Assembly (NCBI GenBank): GCA_963815195.1
Contig: CAWFGE010000007.1
Location: 32,001-96,000 of the forward strand
DNA: 64,000 bases
Source of the DNA: an uncultured Planctomycetaceae bacterium
Lineage (GTDB): Bacteria > Planctomycetota > Planctomycetia > Planctomycetales > Planctomycetaceae
Direction: 5' to 3'
The position numbers and the translations under genes are program-made. Positions 54,601-64,000 of this stretch are shown here, in pieces. Numbering within the stretch: the first letter of the stretch is position 1; the number at the start of each line of letters is the position of its first letter. Below the pieces are notes generated by a model that had not been told where the DNA came from, did no database searches, and saw only the letters and a program-made list of their open reading frames with translations.

Positions 54601-57204
54601 CTAGCGTTTCGGTTTGTCCACGGTCAGCTTTCGCCGGTAGATCGTTTTGCCGTGCGCGATATACAGCGTGCTGTGATCGCTGCCGGCCAGAATGCAACTC
54701 GTCAGCGGCTGGTCCTCATCGACTTTGGGCAGAACGCCGCAAGGGCGTCCGGTGGGGTCGAAGATCTGAACGCCGAGTTCGCTGGTCACATAGTACCGGC
54801 CTCGTTTGTCAATGGCCATGCCGTCGCCTCGGGACGCGGCCTTGTACGGGGGCGGTTCGTTGAAGCGGAATTCGCCTTTGGGATCGATGGCGGGCCGCAT
54901 CGGCATCGTGGGCATTTTTGCGTCGAGATTTCCGCCGGCATTGACTCGGAACGTCCACGTCTGATCTCCGCCAAAGTCGGAAACGGCCAGAGTTCCCCCG
55001 TCATTGGACAGGGCGATGCCGTTGGGCTTGGTGATGCCCGTGTCGACCGCTTTCACGTCGCCGGTCTTCGGGTCGATCCGCGTCACCTGCTTCGCAGCGG
55101 TCTCCGTGATCAGGATCAAGCCGTCCCTGGTGACGGCCAGGTCGTTGGGTTTGACGCCTTCCGCCAGCGTTTTCACCTCGCCGGTTTTGACGTTGATCGA
55201 AATGACGCGGTTCTTGGATCCCTGGCAGGCATACAGTAGCGAACCGTCCGGACTGAATTCGAGACCGCTCACCGATTCTTTCGCGATCTCGGTTTTCATG
55301 CCGTCGGCGGCGCTGATGCGGTACACCGCCGGGGCTTTCATGTCGCAGAAATACAGGTTGCCCCCGTTGTCCGCGCAAAGGGCATCGGCGAAACCGAGGT
55401 TTTCCGCGACGGGTTCCCACGATTCGCCGCGGATCAACAGGTTTAAGAGCGTCAGGTCGCCTCCCAGGTCGCCGCGGGTGTCGAACACGGGTGTGTACGA
55501 TTCCCTCCGCCACAGCCACTTCATCGCGTCCGGAAATTTAGAACTCCCGAAGTCGGCGTTGTGGGCGTAGCCCTCGGCCCAGTCGAAACGCACGTCATAG
55601 CCCATATATTTGAGTGCGGACGCCATTTGCTGATTGGCCCAAGGCCAGCTTCCAAAGGCGTTGTCGACATCGCCGCTGGTGTCAGCCATGTAAACGCGAA
55701 TCGGCTTCGGTTCCGTCTTTCGCACCAGAGACGGATAGACATTGCCGCCGCGCAGGTTGGTAAAGCTCCCCACGCTCGAATACACCTTGTGGAAGAAATC
55801 CGTCCGTTCCCAGGCGGCCGTGAAGGCACAAATCGCACCGGAACTCGAACCGCCGATGGCGTGCCACTCGGGATCGTCGGAGAGACGATAGCGTTTGCGA
55901 ACTTCTGGAATGATTTCTTCCAAGAGGAACCGCACATAGCGATCGCCCAGGCTGTCGTATTCAAAACCTCGATTGGAATAGCGGCCGTTCCGCCGCGGCC
56001 TCGATGTGTCCTGGCCCGGATTGATGAAGACCGCAATCGTGGGCGGCATGTCTCCGCGGGCAATCAGATTGTCGAACACGACCGGAACCCGCCAGCGGCC
56101 GTTGACATCCCGCATGCGCTGGCCGTCCTGAAACACCATCAAAGCGGCGGGCTGATCGGGCTTGTATTGAGCGGGCACATAGATGGACCAGTCGCGGATC
56201 GTGCCGGGGAAGATTGACGACTCCCACGGCTCCATTTTGATGACCTCGCCCTTCGGCACATCCTCGCGCGCCACCGCGTCCGGATGCGGTTCCCACTTGG
56301 GTTTGGTATTGATGATCGGGATATTGGTGGGCTCGGCGTTTTCGTCCCACAACCACTTGAGCGCCTCGGGCAGCTGTTCTCCGCCCCATTTGCCGCTGTG
56401 TCCGCCCTCCGTCATCACCAGCTTGTACGTGTAGCCCGCGAACTGCAAAGCCGCCGCCAAATCCTGATTCGACAACGGCCAGTTGCCGTGCAGGTTGTTC
56501 AAGTCTTCCCGGCCGTCCTGCAGGTACACCTTGATGGGCTTCGGTTTGTCTTTCGTCTTGCGAACGAGCCCGGGATACACCCAGCCGCCGCGAATGTTGG
56601 TGAAGCTGCCGATGTGGCTCAGCACTTTGCCGAATTGTTCCGGTTTCTCCCACGCGGCGGTGAAGGCACAGATTCCACCGGACGAGATTCCACAAACCGC
56701 ACGATCGGCGGGGTCCTTCGAGACGTTGAGCCCTTTGAGCGCGACGGGCAGGAATTCCTCGACCAGAAAACTGGCGTAGCGATCATCCGGCGAATCGTAT
56801 TCAAACGAGCGATTGCTCCGCGCACTGCCGCCGGGAACCGTCGCCGGAATCGTGCCGGGATTCACGAACACCGCAATGGTGACGGGCATCGCTTTTTGAT
56901 GAATCAGATTGTCGAACACCACGGGAACGCGAAACGCGCCTTTGGGGTTCGCATAACCGGCACCGTCCATGAACACCATCAGCGAGGCGGGCTCTTCGGG
57001 ATCGTACTGGGCCGGCACATAGACGCTGTAATCGCGAACGGTCCCCGGGAAAATTTTGCTGTCTTTGAATTGCCCTGGCGTAAGTTTCCCGTGAGGCACA
57101 CCCGCCTGCACCACGCGATCCGGATTCTCCGCCGCCAAGGTCCGAGCGGCGGGCAATGACAAAACGCAGCACAGCAAGATAAAATGTCGCATGCGAGAAT
57201 TCAT
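54601..57204 (-). CDS. Secreted tandem esterase (two Fes-like alpha/beta hydrolase domains) fused to an SMP-30/gluconolactonase domain
   Basis: GISSGG and GSSSGA nucleophile motifs in duplicated domains; KPNGIALS and GDGMAID propeller motifs. Confidence 0.88.
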   Translation of the reverse strand: MNSRMRHFILLCCVLSLPAARTLAAENPDRVVQAGVPHGKLTPGQFKDSKIFPGTVRDYSVYVPAQYDPEEPASLMVFMDGAGYANPKGAFRVPVVFDNLIHQKAMPVTIAVFVNPGTIPATVPGGSARSNRSFEYDSPDDRYASFLVEEFLPVALKGLNVSKDPADRAVCGISSGGICAFTAAWEKPEQFGKVLSHIGSFTNIRGGWVYPGLVRKTKDKPKPIKVYLQDGREDLNNLHGNWPLSNQDLAAALQFAGYTYKLVMTEGGHSGKWGGEQLPEALKWLWDENAEPTNIPIINTKPKWEPHPDAVAREDVPKGEVIKMEPWESSIFPGTIRDWSIYVPAQYKPDQPAALMVFQDGQRMRDVNGRWRVPVVFDNLIARGDMPPTIAVFINPGQDTSRPRRNGRYSNRGFEYDSLGDRYVRFLLEEIIPEVRKRYRLSDDPEWHAIGGSSSGAICAFTAAWERTDFFHKVYSSVGSFTNLRGGNVYPSLVRKTEPKPIRVYMADTSGDVDNAFGSWPWANQQMASALKYMGYDVRFDWAEGYAHNADFGSSKFPDAMKWLWRRESYTPVFDTRGDLGGDLTLLNLLIRGESWEPVAENLGFADALCADNGGNLYFCDMKAPAVYRISAADGMKTEIAKESVSGLEFSPDGSLLYACQGSKNRVISINVKTGEVKTLAEGVKPNDLAVTRDGLILITETAAKQVTRIDPKTGDVKAVDTGITKPNGIALSNDGGTLAVSDFGGDQTWTFRVNAGGNLDAKMPTMPMRPAIDPKGEFRFNEPPPYKAASRGDGMAIDKRGRYYVTSELGVQIFDPTGRPCGVLPKVDEDQPLTSCILAGSDHSTLYIAHGKTIYRRKLTVDKPKR

Positions 57205-57788
57205 GGGGCAACTCCAAGTTGATAATCTGGCCACAGCATCAGACTTCTGCGATTGTGCATCCGCAAAGTTCCGCAGAGTCGTTTTAGCATTCTAACCGAA
57301 TGGTTTCGCTTCGGCGACCATTCGAGCAGGACATCATCCCAGCAACACCCCGGTCACAATCCCGCGTCCTGGTGCAATCCGATTCATCCCACGGACTCAC
57401 GCTCGCGGCCGGTTACTTGGGCAGGAAATTAAAGACCGGCTCAAATCGCTCGAATCTCCCGTCGGGACGGCCGCCCCAGCGTTTCAAGAAACTTTGGAGA
57501 TTCCGCCACGATCCAAATTGCCCACGATCTTCTTCGCCCTGTCTGTTCCATGGGGAGAACGAGGGAAAGTCGTCAGCGGGTCAGCGGGCTAGGGCTTGTC
57601 AGCAGGGGCGGAATTTGTAGAATGCCACAGGGCTCCACCCCCGCTAAATATTTAGGTGATGTCGGATATGTCTCCCCCCACAAACGGGGAGGTTTCATTT
57701 CATCCCCATGTACAAAATAACGCGGGTATCGTGATGAAAATGAGCCGAGCCAACATACAACACAAAAACCTTTGAAGTAAATCCGTTA

Positions 57789-57861
57789 GCCGCTGTAGCT
57801 CAGTTGGTAGAGCGACGCACTCGTAATGCGTAGGTCAAGAGTTCGAGTCTCTTCAGCGGCT
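57789..57861 (+). tRNA. tRNA-Thr (anticodon CGT)
   Basis: GCCGCTG/CAGCGGC acceptor stem, D-arm, ACGCA-CTCGTAA-TGCGT anticodon arm, TTCGAGT T-loop; CCA not encoded. Confidence 0.97.
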
Positions 57862-57914
57862 CTTGTTCAATCGGCCTCAATGGCCCGCAAGAATCCTCAC
57901 AAGCCCCTGATTTT

Positions 57915-59490
57915 TCAGGGGCTTGCGTCGTTTGGTCCCCATGCGGTTTTGGAGGGGCTTGTCGGCCGATTGACGTTTGATTGAGAATCATTGATATTCG
58001 GTGGTGCGGGTACAAACATCGGTGCAAACAAATGGCGAGGATTCGGTTGCGATTCTCCCCCGGCGGCCATCCCTCCGGCGGATTCTTCCGGTTTCCCGGC
58101 GGCCAAATTCGGGAGCGATTCCACCGCGGCATTCAGATCATGCAACCGAACGTGGGTGTAAGTCTGCATCGTCAAGATTGATGTCGCTATGTCGCATCAA
58201 TTCTTGGGCGGTGCGGGGATGAACCCCACATCGGGCCAGATTCGTTCCGAAGGTGTGCCGTAGGGCGTGGAAGTCGAGAACGTGCCCCTGATCGTCAAAA
58301 TACTGAACGTGTCGGATTCTTCGCGGCGTTTTGCGTTCGGTTCCGTTTTGGCTTCGCCGATCCACGTCTCCCGCGCTGAATCCAAGATCCTGCCGAAGCA
58401 TTTTCGCGGCCTTCTCCGTCCAGGTTCCCGGCCAGAGGGGTTCCGCCGAGGGCTTGCGGATCGGGAGGACGGGCGGATTCTTCATCCGAACGCGTTCCAG
58501 CCGGTTCTTAAGCCATTCGTCGACCACGGCGGCCACATCGGACCGAAGCGGTTGCCGAGTAGTGCGTTTGTTTTTGGCGTGGGCGGCGTCCACGGTGACC
58601 GATGCGGGTTCAACGGAGAAATCAAAACTGCCGGCGGTCAGACTGGCGAGTTCCGAAACCCGAAAGCCCGTATTCACGGCCACCAAATAAAGCACCGTCC
58701 GATCTTCGCCGGGGAGCCCACGAAACGCGGGGCCATCGGCGGCCGCGGCCAGCAACCGGAAAAACTCATCATCTTCGGCAGCGCGGCGGATTCGGCGGCG
58801 GTCGGTTTGGGCGTCCAGCTTCTCCAATCCCCGAAGCGGATTTTCGGGAAGCCGGCGGCGTTTCATCAGCCAATTGCCGAACGTGCCGCATGCGGTGAAA
58901 TAGCCATTGGCGGCGGCATTTGGAAAGCGGGTTTCGGCGGTGCAGTTTTTGCTTCTTCTGCTCTTTCCCGCAACCGGCGGGGCAGGTTTCCCGTTCATCC
59001 AACCAAAAGCGTTGGCACTTCGGGCAATACCAGCGTTCGCGTTCCCGATGTTCGGCCAGATAGTTTTCAATCGCGGCGTGGTCAATGTCGGCCAGCGTTT
59101 CAAACCCGCAATCCGTGGCGATGCGCGACAGATAGCCGATGGTCTTCGTGATGTGCTTTTGACTGCAATTCTTCGATTCCAGATGCCGGCGGAAATCGTC
59201 GATGTGATCGGCCAACGGTTTGGCCTTGTGGGTTTCGTAGGGATCGACGGGGCGGACCACGCCGGCGCGTTCATCCCTCACGCGCTGGATGTGGCCGGCT
59301 AACATGCTCTCAGCGGTTTCCCGGTCGGAATCGAGGGAAACCCGTTCGAGTTGCCTTGGGCGTTCTTGAACTTCGCCCACCATGTCTTCGACTTGATCCG
59401 CTTTCGGATCGCTCCGGGGGTGTTTTTGGAAACACGCCGGCCTTCCGGGTCAACGTATTGAATGACCACGGGGCGATAAAGACTTGCCAT
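57915..59490 (-). CDS. int: Tyrosine integrase (several frameshifts)
   Basis: VNTGFRVSELASL, AKNK, DFHALRHTF, LMRHSDI, TMQTYTH. Confidence 0.92.
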
Positions 59491-59601
59491 ATTGGGGGCC
59501 TTTCTGCAACACGCCGACCACGCGGGGCGGGGTTGCAGTCCCGCACGCCGCGCGGCCAGCAAAGGTAGGGGAATTCTAACACGCCAAAAGAGCAAAACCA
59601 A

Positions 59602-59897
59602 TCAGGTCGAAATGTTTTGGCGGTTCGCGGCCTCAAAAGTCCGGCGGTCGGGACATCGGGCCGCAATCCAGGCTTGAACAGCCGCGCTGCTCCACGCGTG
59701 CATCCGCCCGATAGCCGGATGGGTTCCGGCAATTTTCCGGCCTCATCCATTCGGTGAATCGTGGCCACGGAAACGCTCAGCAACCGGGCCAGAGTTTTGG
59801 CATCGACCAAAAGCGGGAGAGGTTCCGAGGGGCAGTCTTTGGAATCGTCGATCATGGGCAATACCTTTGCTTTGGCGTGTTTTGTAAATTCTTCCAT
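59602..59897 (-). CDS. AlpA-family excisionase/regulator (frameshift)
   Basis: LLVDAKTLARLLSVSVATIHRMDEAGKLPEPIRL. Confidence 0.85.
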
Positions 59898-60020
59898 TCG
59901 GTTTTTGGGTAACTATGATTTAGCGTTTCGCGGCCTCTTGCGTTTGCGTGTTTCTGGATGCCTGACGCCATTGACACTGACAGTTTTCGTTTTCCCACGG
60001 GATTCAAGCAAAACCGTCAA

Positions 60021-61938
60021 TCAGCCGGCTCGCCAGTCCTCAAAATCCAACAGCCGAAACTCGCACCGCGGGCGTCGGCTGGTTTTCACCAACCGCCATT
60101 CCCCGCCCCGCTTCTTTTTCATCCGGTTCAAGGCTTTCTCGGCTTCTTCGCTGGTCCGGTAGCGGCTTCGGCGGCCTGCAGTTCGCGGGGCGTGATGGAT
60201 CCCCCGTTGGATTTGATGACCACTTCCAAATCCCGCAATTCCATCAGTTCTTCATCGGCTCCGCCCGGAACATGGAAGGCGGAATAGATGCGCTTGGTTT
60301 CGCGGCCGAACCATTTCGCCAAACGGATGCCGGCCTGCAAACTCTCCAACCCCACGGATTCGCTCTCGGCGTTCAGCGTCACGAGTTCCACCAAATGCAC
60401 CAGAAGGGCCAGCCGCGCGGCGTAGCTTTCCAGTTTCGACCAGGCCGAAGCCAAAGCGCCGGAGAGTTCGGCCTGTTCCTCCCCGTGCCGATCCATGAAT
60501 GCAATCCATTCGGCCCGGGCGTCGGGAGTCAGCCCCACCAACTTGGGGCGGGGCATGCCCGTTTCATCCTGATCGGGTTCCAGGTCCAAGAGTCCCTGAT
60601 AAACGTCGGCCAGTTGAGCTTGAGCGGTTTCCCCCACTTCGGCATCAATCCAGCGGCGGGGCGTGCGGGGCGGCAGGGCCATCAGAAACCGCGCGGCCAG
60701 TCCGTTCTGAAAATGTTCCCGCCCCAAAACGGATTTCAGGATCTCCGGCTGAATGCCCCCGGTGATCGAAACCGCGGCTCGGCTGATGTGAGTCACGGGA
60801 ACGGAAGTCTTTCGATCCACGGTGATGGAATCCGCATCGAACAGCGAAAGCCATTTCGCCACATCCCCGCCATTCCCCGAACGGTACTGATTGAAACTCT
60901 GAAACCAGCCGCTCAATTCATCGCGCTGCACCAACAGCCCTTTCGGGTTTTCCATCAACCGCACGGGCAGGGCTTCGGTTGTCGTGTCATCGACCAACAG
61001 CCGGCGGGCAGTGGGCGGGGCCGGCGGATCGGGCGGCGGTTCCCCGCGGCGGCGGCCGGCCTGCTTCCATTCAGTCAGGTCCGCATCGAATTGGATTTTG
61101 TCTTGGGTGTGGCGCTCAGGTCTTCACCGAATTGGGCGAACCATCGGCTTTGAATCGTCCGCAGCGGCCGCAAGGCCATTTTCATGGCGGGAGATTTGCC
61201 GGTTCCCGATTCGCCGATGGTGCAAGTCCAAATCACGGGCGGGACGATCCATTCCTCTTTGATCCGAAGCGCCGGGAAATGCCCACGCAACCGCCCAAGG
61301 CGGAGAGAATCGGCAGAGCGATGAAGGCGGGATCGCAGCCGGCGGAGGGCGGCGCGGGTGGTAAACTCCCGCAACGGTTTCGGCAGACAATCCACGGGGA
61401 ACGGCTCGAAGGTTCCCAGCACGCCGGGTTTTTCGGAAGGCGGGCAGGCGTCGAACAGGGCGGCGGGATCATCTTCTCCCAACCAATGCGCTTGGATTTC
61501 TTCCCAAGATTCGGCGGGGTTCATCAATGCCGCTTGCACGGTCTTCGCTCGCGAGAGCAGCCGACGGCGTTTCGCACATTCAGCCACGATGCCCGCGTAA
61601 TACCGCACGTTGGCGGTGCTTTGGGGGGCTTCCATGATTTCCCCAAGAAACAGCGCCGAGGTCGGGGGCGCATCCTTGGGGGGCAACCGTTGCGCCAGAA
61701 TCACCGCATCCACGGGTAGCCCGTCGCGGTCGAGTTCCAGGGCCAAAGCGAATATCGTTTGATGCAGGTCGTTGTAGAAATCGCTTGGCGCAATGATTTC
61801 GCCGGCGGCTTCGATCGCTTCGGGACTGTTGAGAATGACCGAACCCAAAACGGCCCGCTCCGCATCGGGATTGTTGGGGGGCAATTCAATCGCCCGTTGC
61901 CGGCCGTTGTCGAGTTGATTGAAGAGACGATTTATCAT
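60021..61938 (-). CDS. DnaB N-terminal-domain plus DUF3987/YfjI ATPase fusion (frameshifts)
   Basis: PPNNPDAERAVLGSVIL..DFYNDLHQTIF; FPVDCLP; IGESGTGKSPA; DTTTEAL; RDELSGWF; GGIQP; GLAARFL. Confidence 0.82.
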
Positions 61939-62074
61939 CGGACTCACTTGGTTAAAGTCTGGTGAGTCCCGGCAATCGTCGCGGAATCCGCGTTCCCAAA
62001 TGCGGTTCGGGTCCGTAAGATGGTGTTGCGCAGATTCCGGCAAACCGCCGGGGTTCCCACGGCCGGCCCGGTCA

Positions 62075-62350
62075 TCACGGGTTGGCCGTTCCCTTTGCGC
62101 CCATGCAAAAAGCCCGCGGAAGATCCGTGGGCTTCATGTGCGCGCGGCGGTTTGCGTTCCTTGGGCTTCGCGTTCTGAGAAGAATCTCCATGGCGTTTTC
62201 AACGTCGCCAGCGGTCCAATCCCAGGCCTTCGATGAATTGAGCCTGGGGGCGGGGAATTTTCCCGTTTTGAGAGAGTGACGCAATTGCCAATAGCTGATG
62301 GTCGGAAATCCGCGCGATTGGATTTCCGACAATGCTTCTTGAGTCGTCAT
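62075..62350 (-). CDS. Small HTH-like protein
   Basis: GGAGG RBS; MTTQEAL..QLRHSLKTGKFPAP. Confidence 0.55.
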   Translation of the reverse strand: MTTQEALSEIQSRGFPTISYWQLRHSLKTGKFPAPRLNSSKAWDWTAGDVENAMEILLRTRSPRNANRRAHMKPTDLPRAFCMGAKGTANP

Positions 62351-63055
62351 AAAACCTCCACAGAAAAAGTTCTAGCTGGAGGTTCGATTCCGTTCCGCTC
62401 GGCCCCACATGACAGGTTATAGCGGGCCATGACCGCTCGCGAAATCTTCATCAAACATCCTCCAAAACGAAAAGGTTTGGAGGGTGACGCTGGCAAGACA
62501 GGACACCCTCGCGTTTACCGGGATTCCTCCGCGGTTCCGGCCAGGGTGATGCATGCAATAGTTCTAGCAACTTGAGGGTGAATGTCAATCAGCAAACACA
62601 AGATGTGCGGCCCGCATTTTTCCGCGTTGGCGAAATTTTCGGGGATTTCTGAGAAGCCCAATGACAGTATTCGTTTTCCCGCTTGTTTCGCCCAAAACTG
62701 TCAGTGTCAACGGCGTCACCGGCTGGGAAAGAGGGTTCAAAAAATCTTGGCGATTTTTTTCGGCGGTGTGGGTCCTTCCGAGACCCCGCCCCGTCGCGCG
62801 GGTATCCAATGGCGGGGTTTTCGCCCATAAAACGGATTTTTGCGGGGGTTCTTCTTCTTACGCTTTGGAACGGAGCAAGTGCTTCGGCCCGAACATCCCG
62901 AAAACTATTGGGGGGCCGTGACCACAACCGACAAATCGGCCCCGAATGGCCGGTTGCGATCGGCACCCAGTGCACCCAAGATTTTTCGGGCGGTATTTCA
63001 AAACCCCGATATACTATCGCTAACCGGTCTGTGACCCTTAATTCGGAGGAATGAC

Positions 63056-63498
63056 ATGTCCGCTAAACATGAACTTAAAAGACTGATGGCGGAGATTCGC
63101 CGGGCCGTGATGAGCGAGTTTCGACGAATCGGATGCTTTACGGTCGAGGAAGCCCAGACGATTGACGATTTCATTTGTCTGTTTCGCCCGCAGGGAAGTT
63201 TAATCCGCTCCGAACATTCGTGTATTTACTCATCGTGGACGGCAACGTGATGTACGTTGGCGAGACGGGAAAAGGGACGATTCGCTTCAACGCTTACCGC
63301 TATCATGGTCCGCAGGATCGCCATGGGTGCCGCATCAGCGCCCACATCTTTAATGCTCTTCAGGACGGCAAGGTTGAAGTTTTTATCGCGGAGACTCTAG
63401 GCAACGATCACGAGCGGAAAGCGTATGAAAAAAGGTGCATTGGCCTGTTCAATACGGAACGCGGCGGTTGGAACGGTTCCAGGATTCCCGCTTGTTGA
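63056..63498 (+). CDS. GIY-YIG-like nuclease (frameshift near 63190)
   Basis: FVYLLIVDGNVMYVGETG..R..E..N pattern. Confidence 0.6.
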
Positions 63499-63534
63499 AG
63501 AATTTGCGAAGTTCGTCCATGAAAATGGGCACTC

Positions 63535-64000
63535 TCACCCTGCCCAATTCTCACAGAGGGCTTCCGCCTGTTCCAACACGGTTTTGACCGCTTCGGCTTG
63601 CAGGTCCGGCGGGTAGCCGTATTTTCGCAGAATGCGGCGGACCATCACGCGAATTTTGGCTCTCGCGCTTTCGCGAACGGTCCAATCAATGGTGACCGAT
63701 TCGCGAACCTTGGTGACCAGCTCCGCAGCGATCACCTTCAAATCGTCGATGCCCATTGCTTCCACCGCGCTGTTATTCATCGCGAGGGCATCGTAAAACG
63801 CCAACTCGTCATCAGTTAGCCCCAAGTCTTCGCCGCGTTTGCTGGCTTCCCGCAGGTCTTTCGCCAGCTTGATGAGTTCGTTGATGATTTCCTGCGTCGC
63901 GATGGCCCGGTTGTGGTATTTGTTCATCGTGGCTTGGAGCATTTCGGAAAAAGCCCGCGATTGCACCACGTTCGTTTTGGATCGAGTTTTGATTTCAGCC
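63535..64000 (-). CDS. hsdR: Type I HsdR C-terminal (DUF3387) region, partial at the window edge
   Basis: LGLTDDELAFYDAL..TIDWTVRESARAKIRVMVRRILRKYGYPPD. Confidence 0.9.
   Translation of the reverse strand, partial: AEIKTRSKTNVVQSRAFSEMLQATMNKYHNRAIATQEIINELIKLAKDLREASKRGEDLGLTDDELAFYDALAMNNSAVEAMGIDDLKVIAAELVTKVRESVTIDWTVRESARAKIRVMVRRILRKYGYPPDLQAEAVKTVLEQAEALCENWAG

Larger units (their letters stand above)
57862..64000 (-). mobile_element. tRNA-Thr-integrated island (satellite/IME-like); continues beyond the window
   Basis: Integrase converging on the tRNA 3' end, with AlpA, DUF3987, HTH and R-M cargo. Confidence 0.8.

Noticed and set aside
2066..64000. Programmed frameshifting or mass pseudogenisation
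   Set aside because: Indels are scattered and differ between the two recombinase copies. Sequencing or consensus error is the simpler explanation, although core genes at 50-57 kb are clean, so some decay may be real.

Overview
Bacterial window, probably from a Planctomycete (inferred from the sulfatase/porin cargo, REP style and gene content). Many single-base indels split otherwise intact ORFs, consistent with long-read consensus error. Positions ~1-48.5 kb are a nested accessory region. In order: secreted enzymes; a truncated DUF3883 nuclease gene fused to an orphan type I-G-like CRISPR array; an IS21 inserted inside a CRISPR repeat; a type I R-M operon; a 19.6-kb sulfatase/porin/IS cargo that splits a yhcG (DUF1016) gene at a 9-bp direct repeat; an iteron-type origin with parA; and a second, different IS21. 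Positions ~48.5-57.9 kb are core genes (trpF, manC, ruvX, esterase-gluconolactonase, tRNA-Thr). An integrase/AlpA/DUF3987 island starts at the tRNA and runs off the window. The main finding is a ~2.48-kb large-serine-recombinase element present twice (9277-11754 + and 44706-47181 -). Each copy sits in the Walker A lysine codon (GK|T, AA core) of a different IS21 istB gene. Precise excision would restore IstB. The predicted circle junction also supplies the missing RBS and ATG of the element's first ORF, and the circle would have no intergenic DNA.
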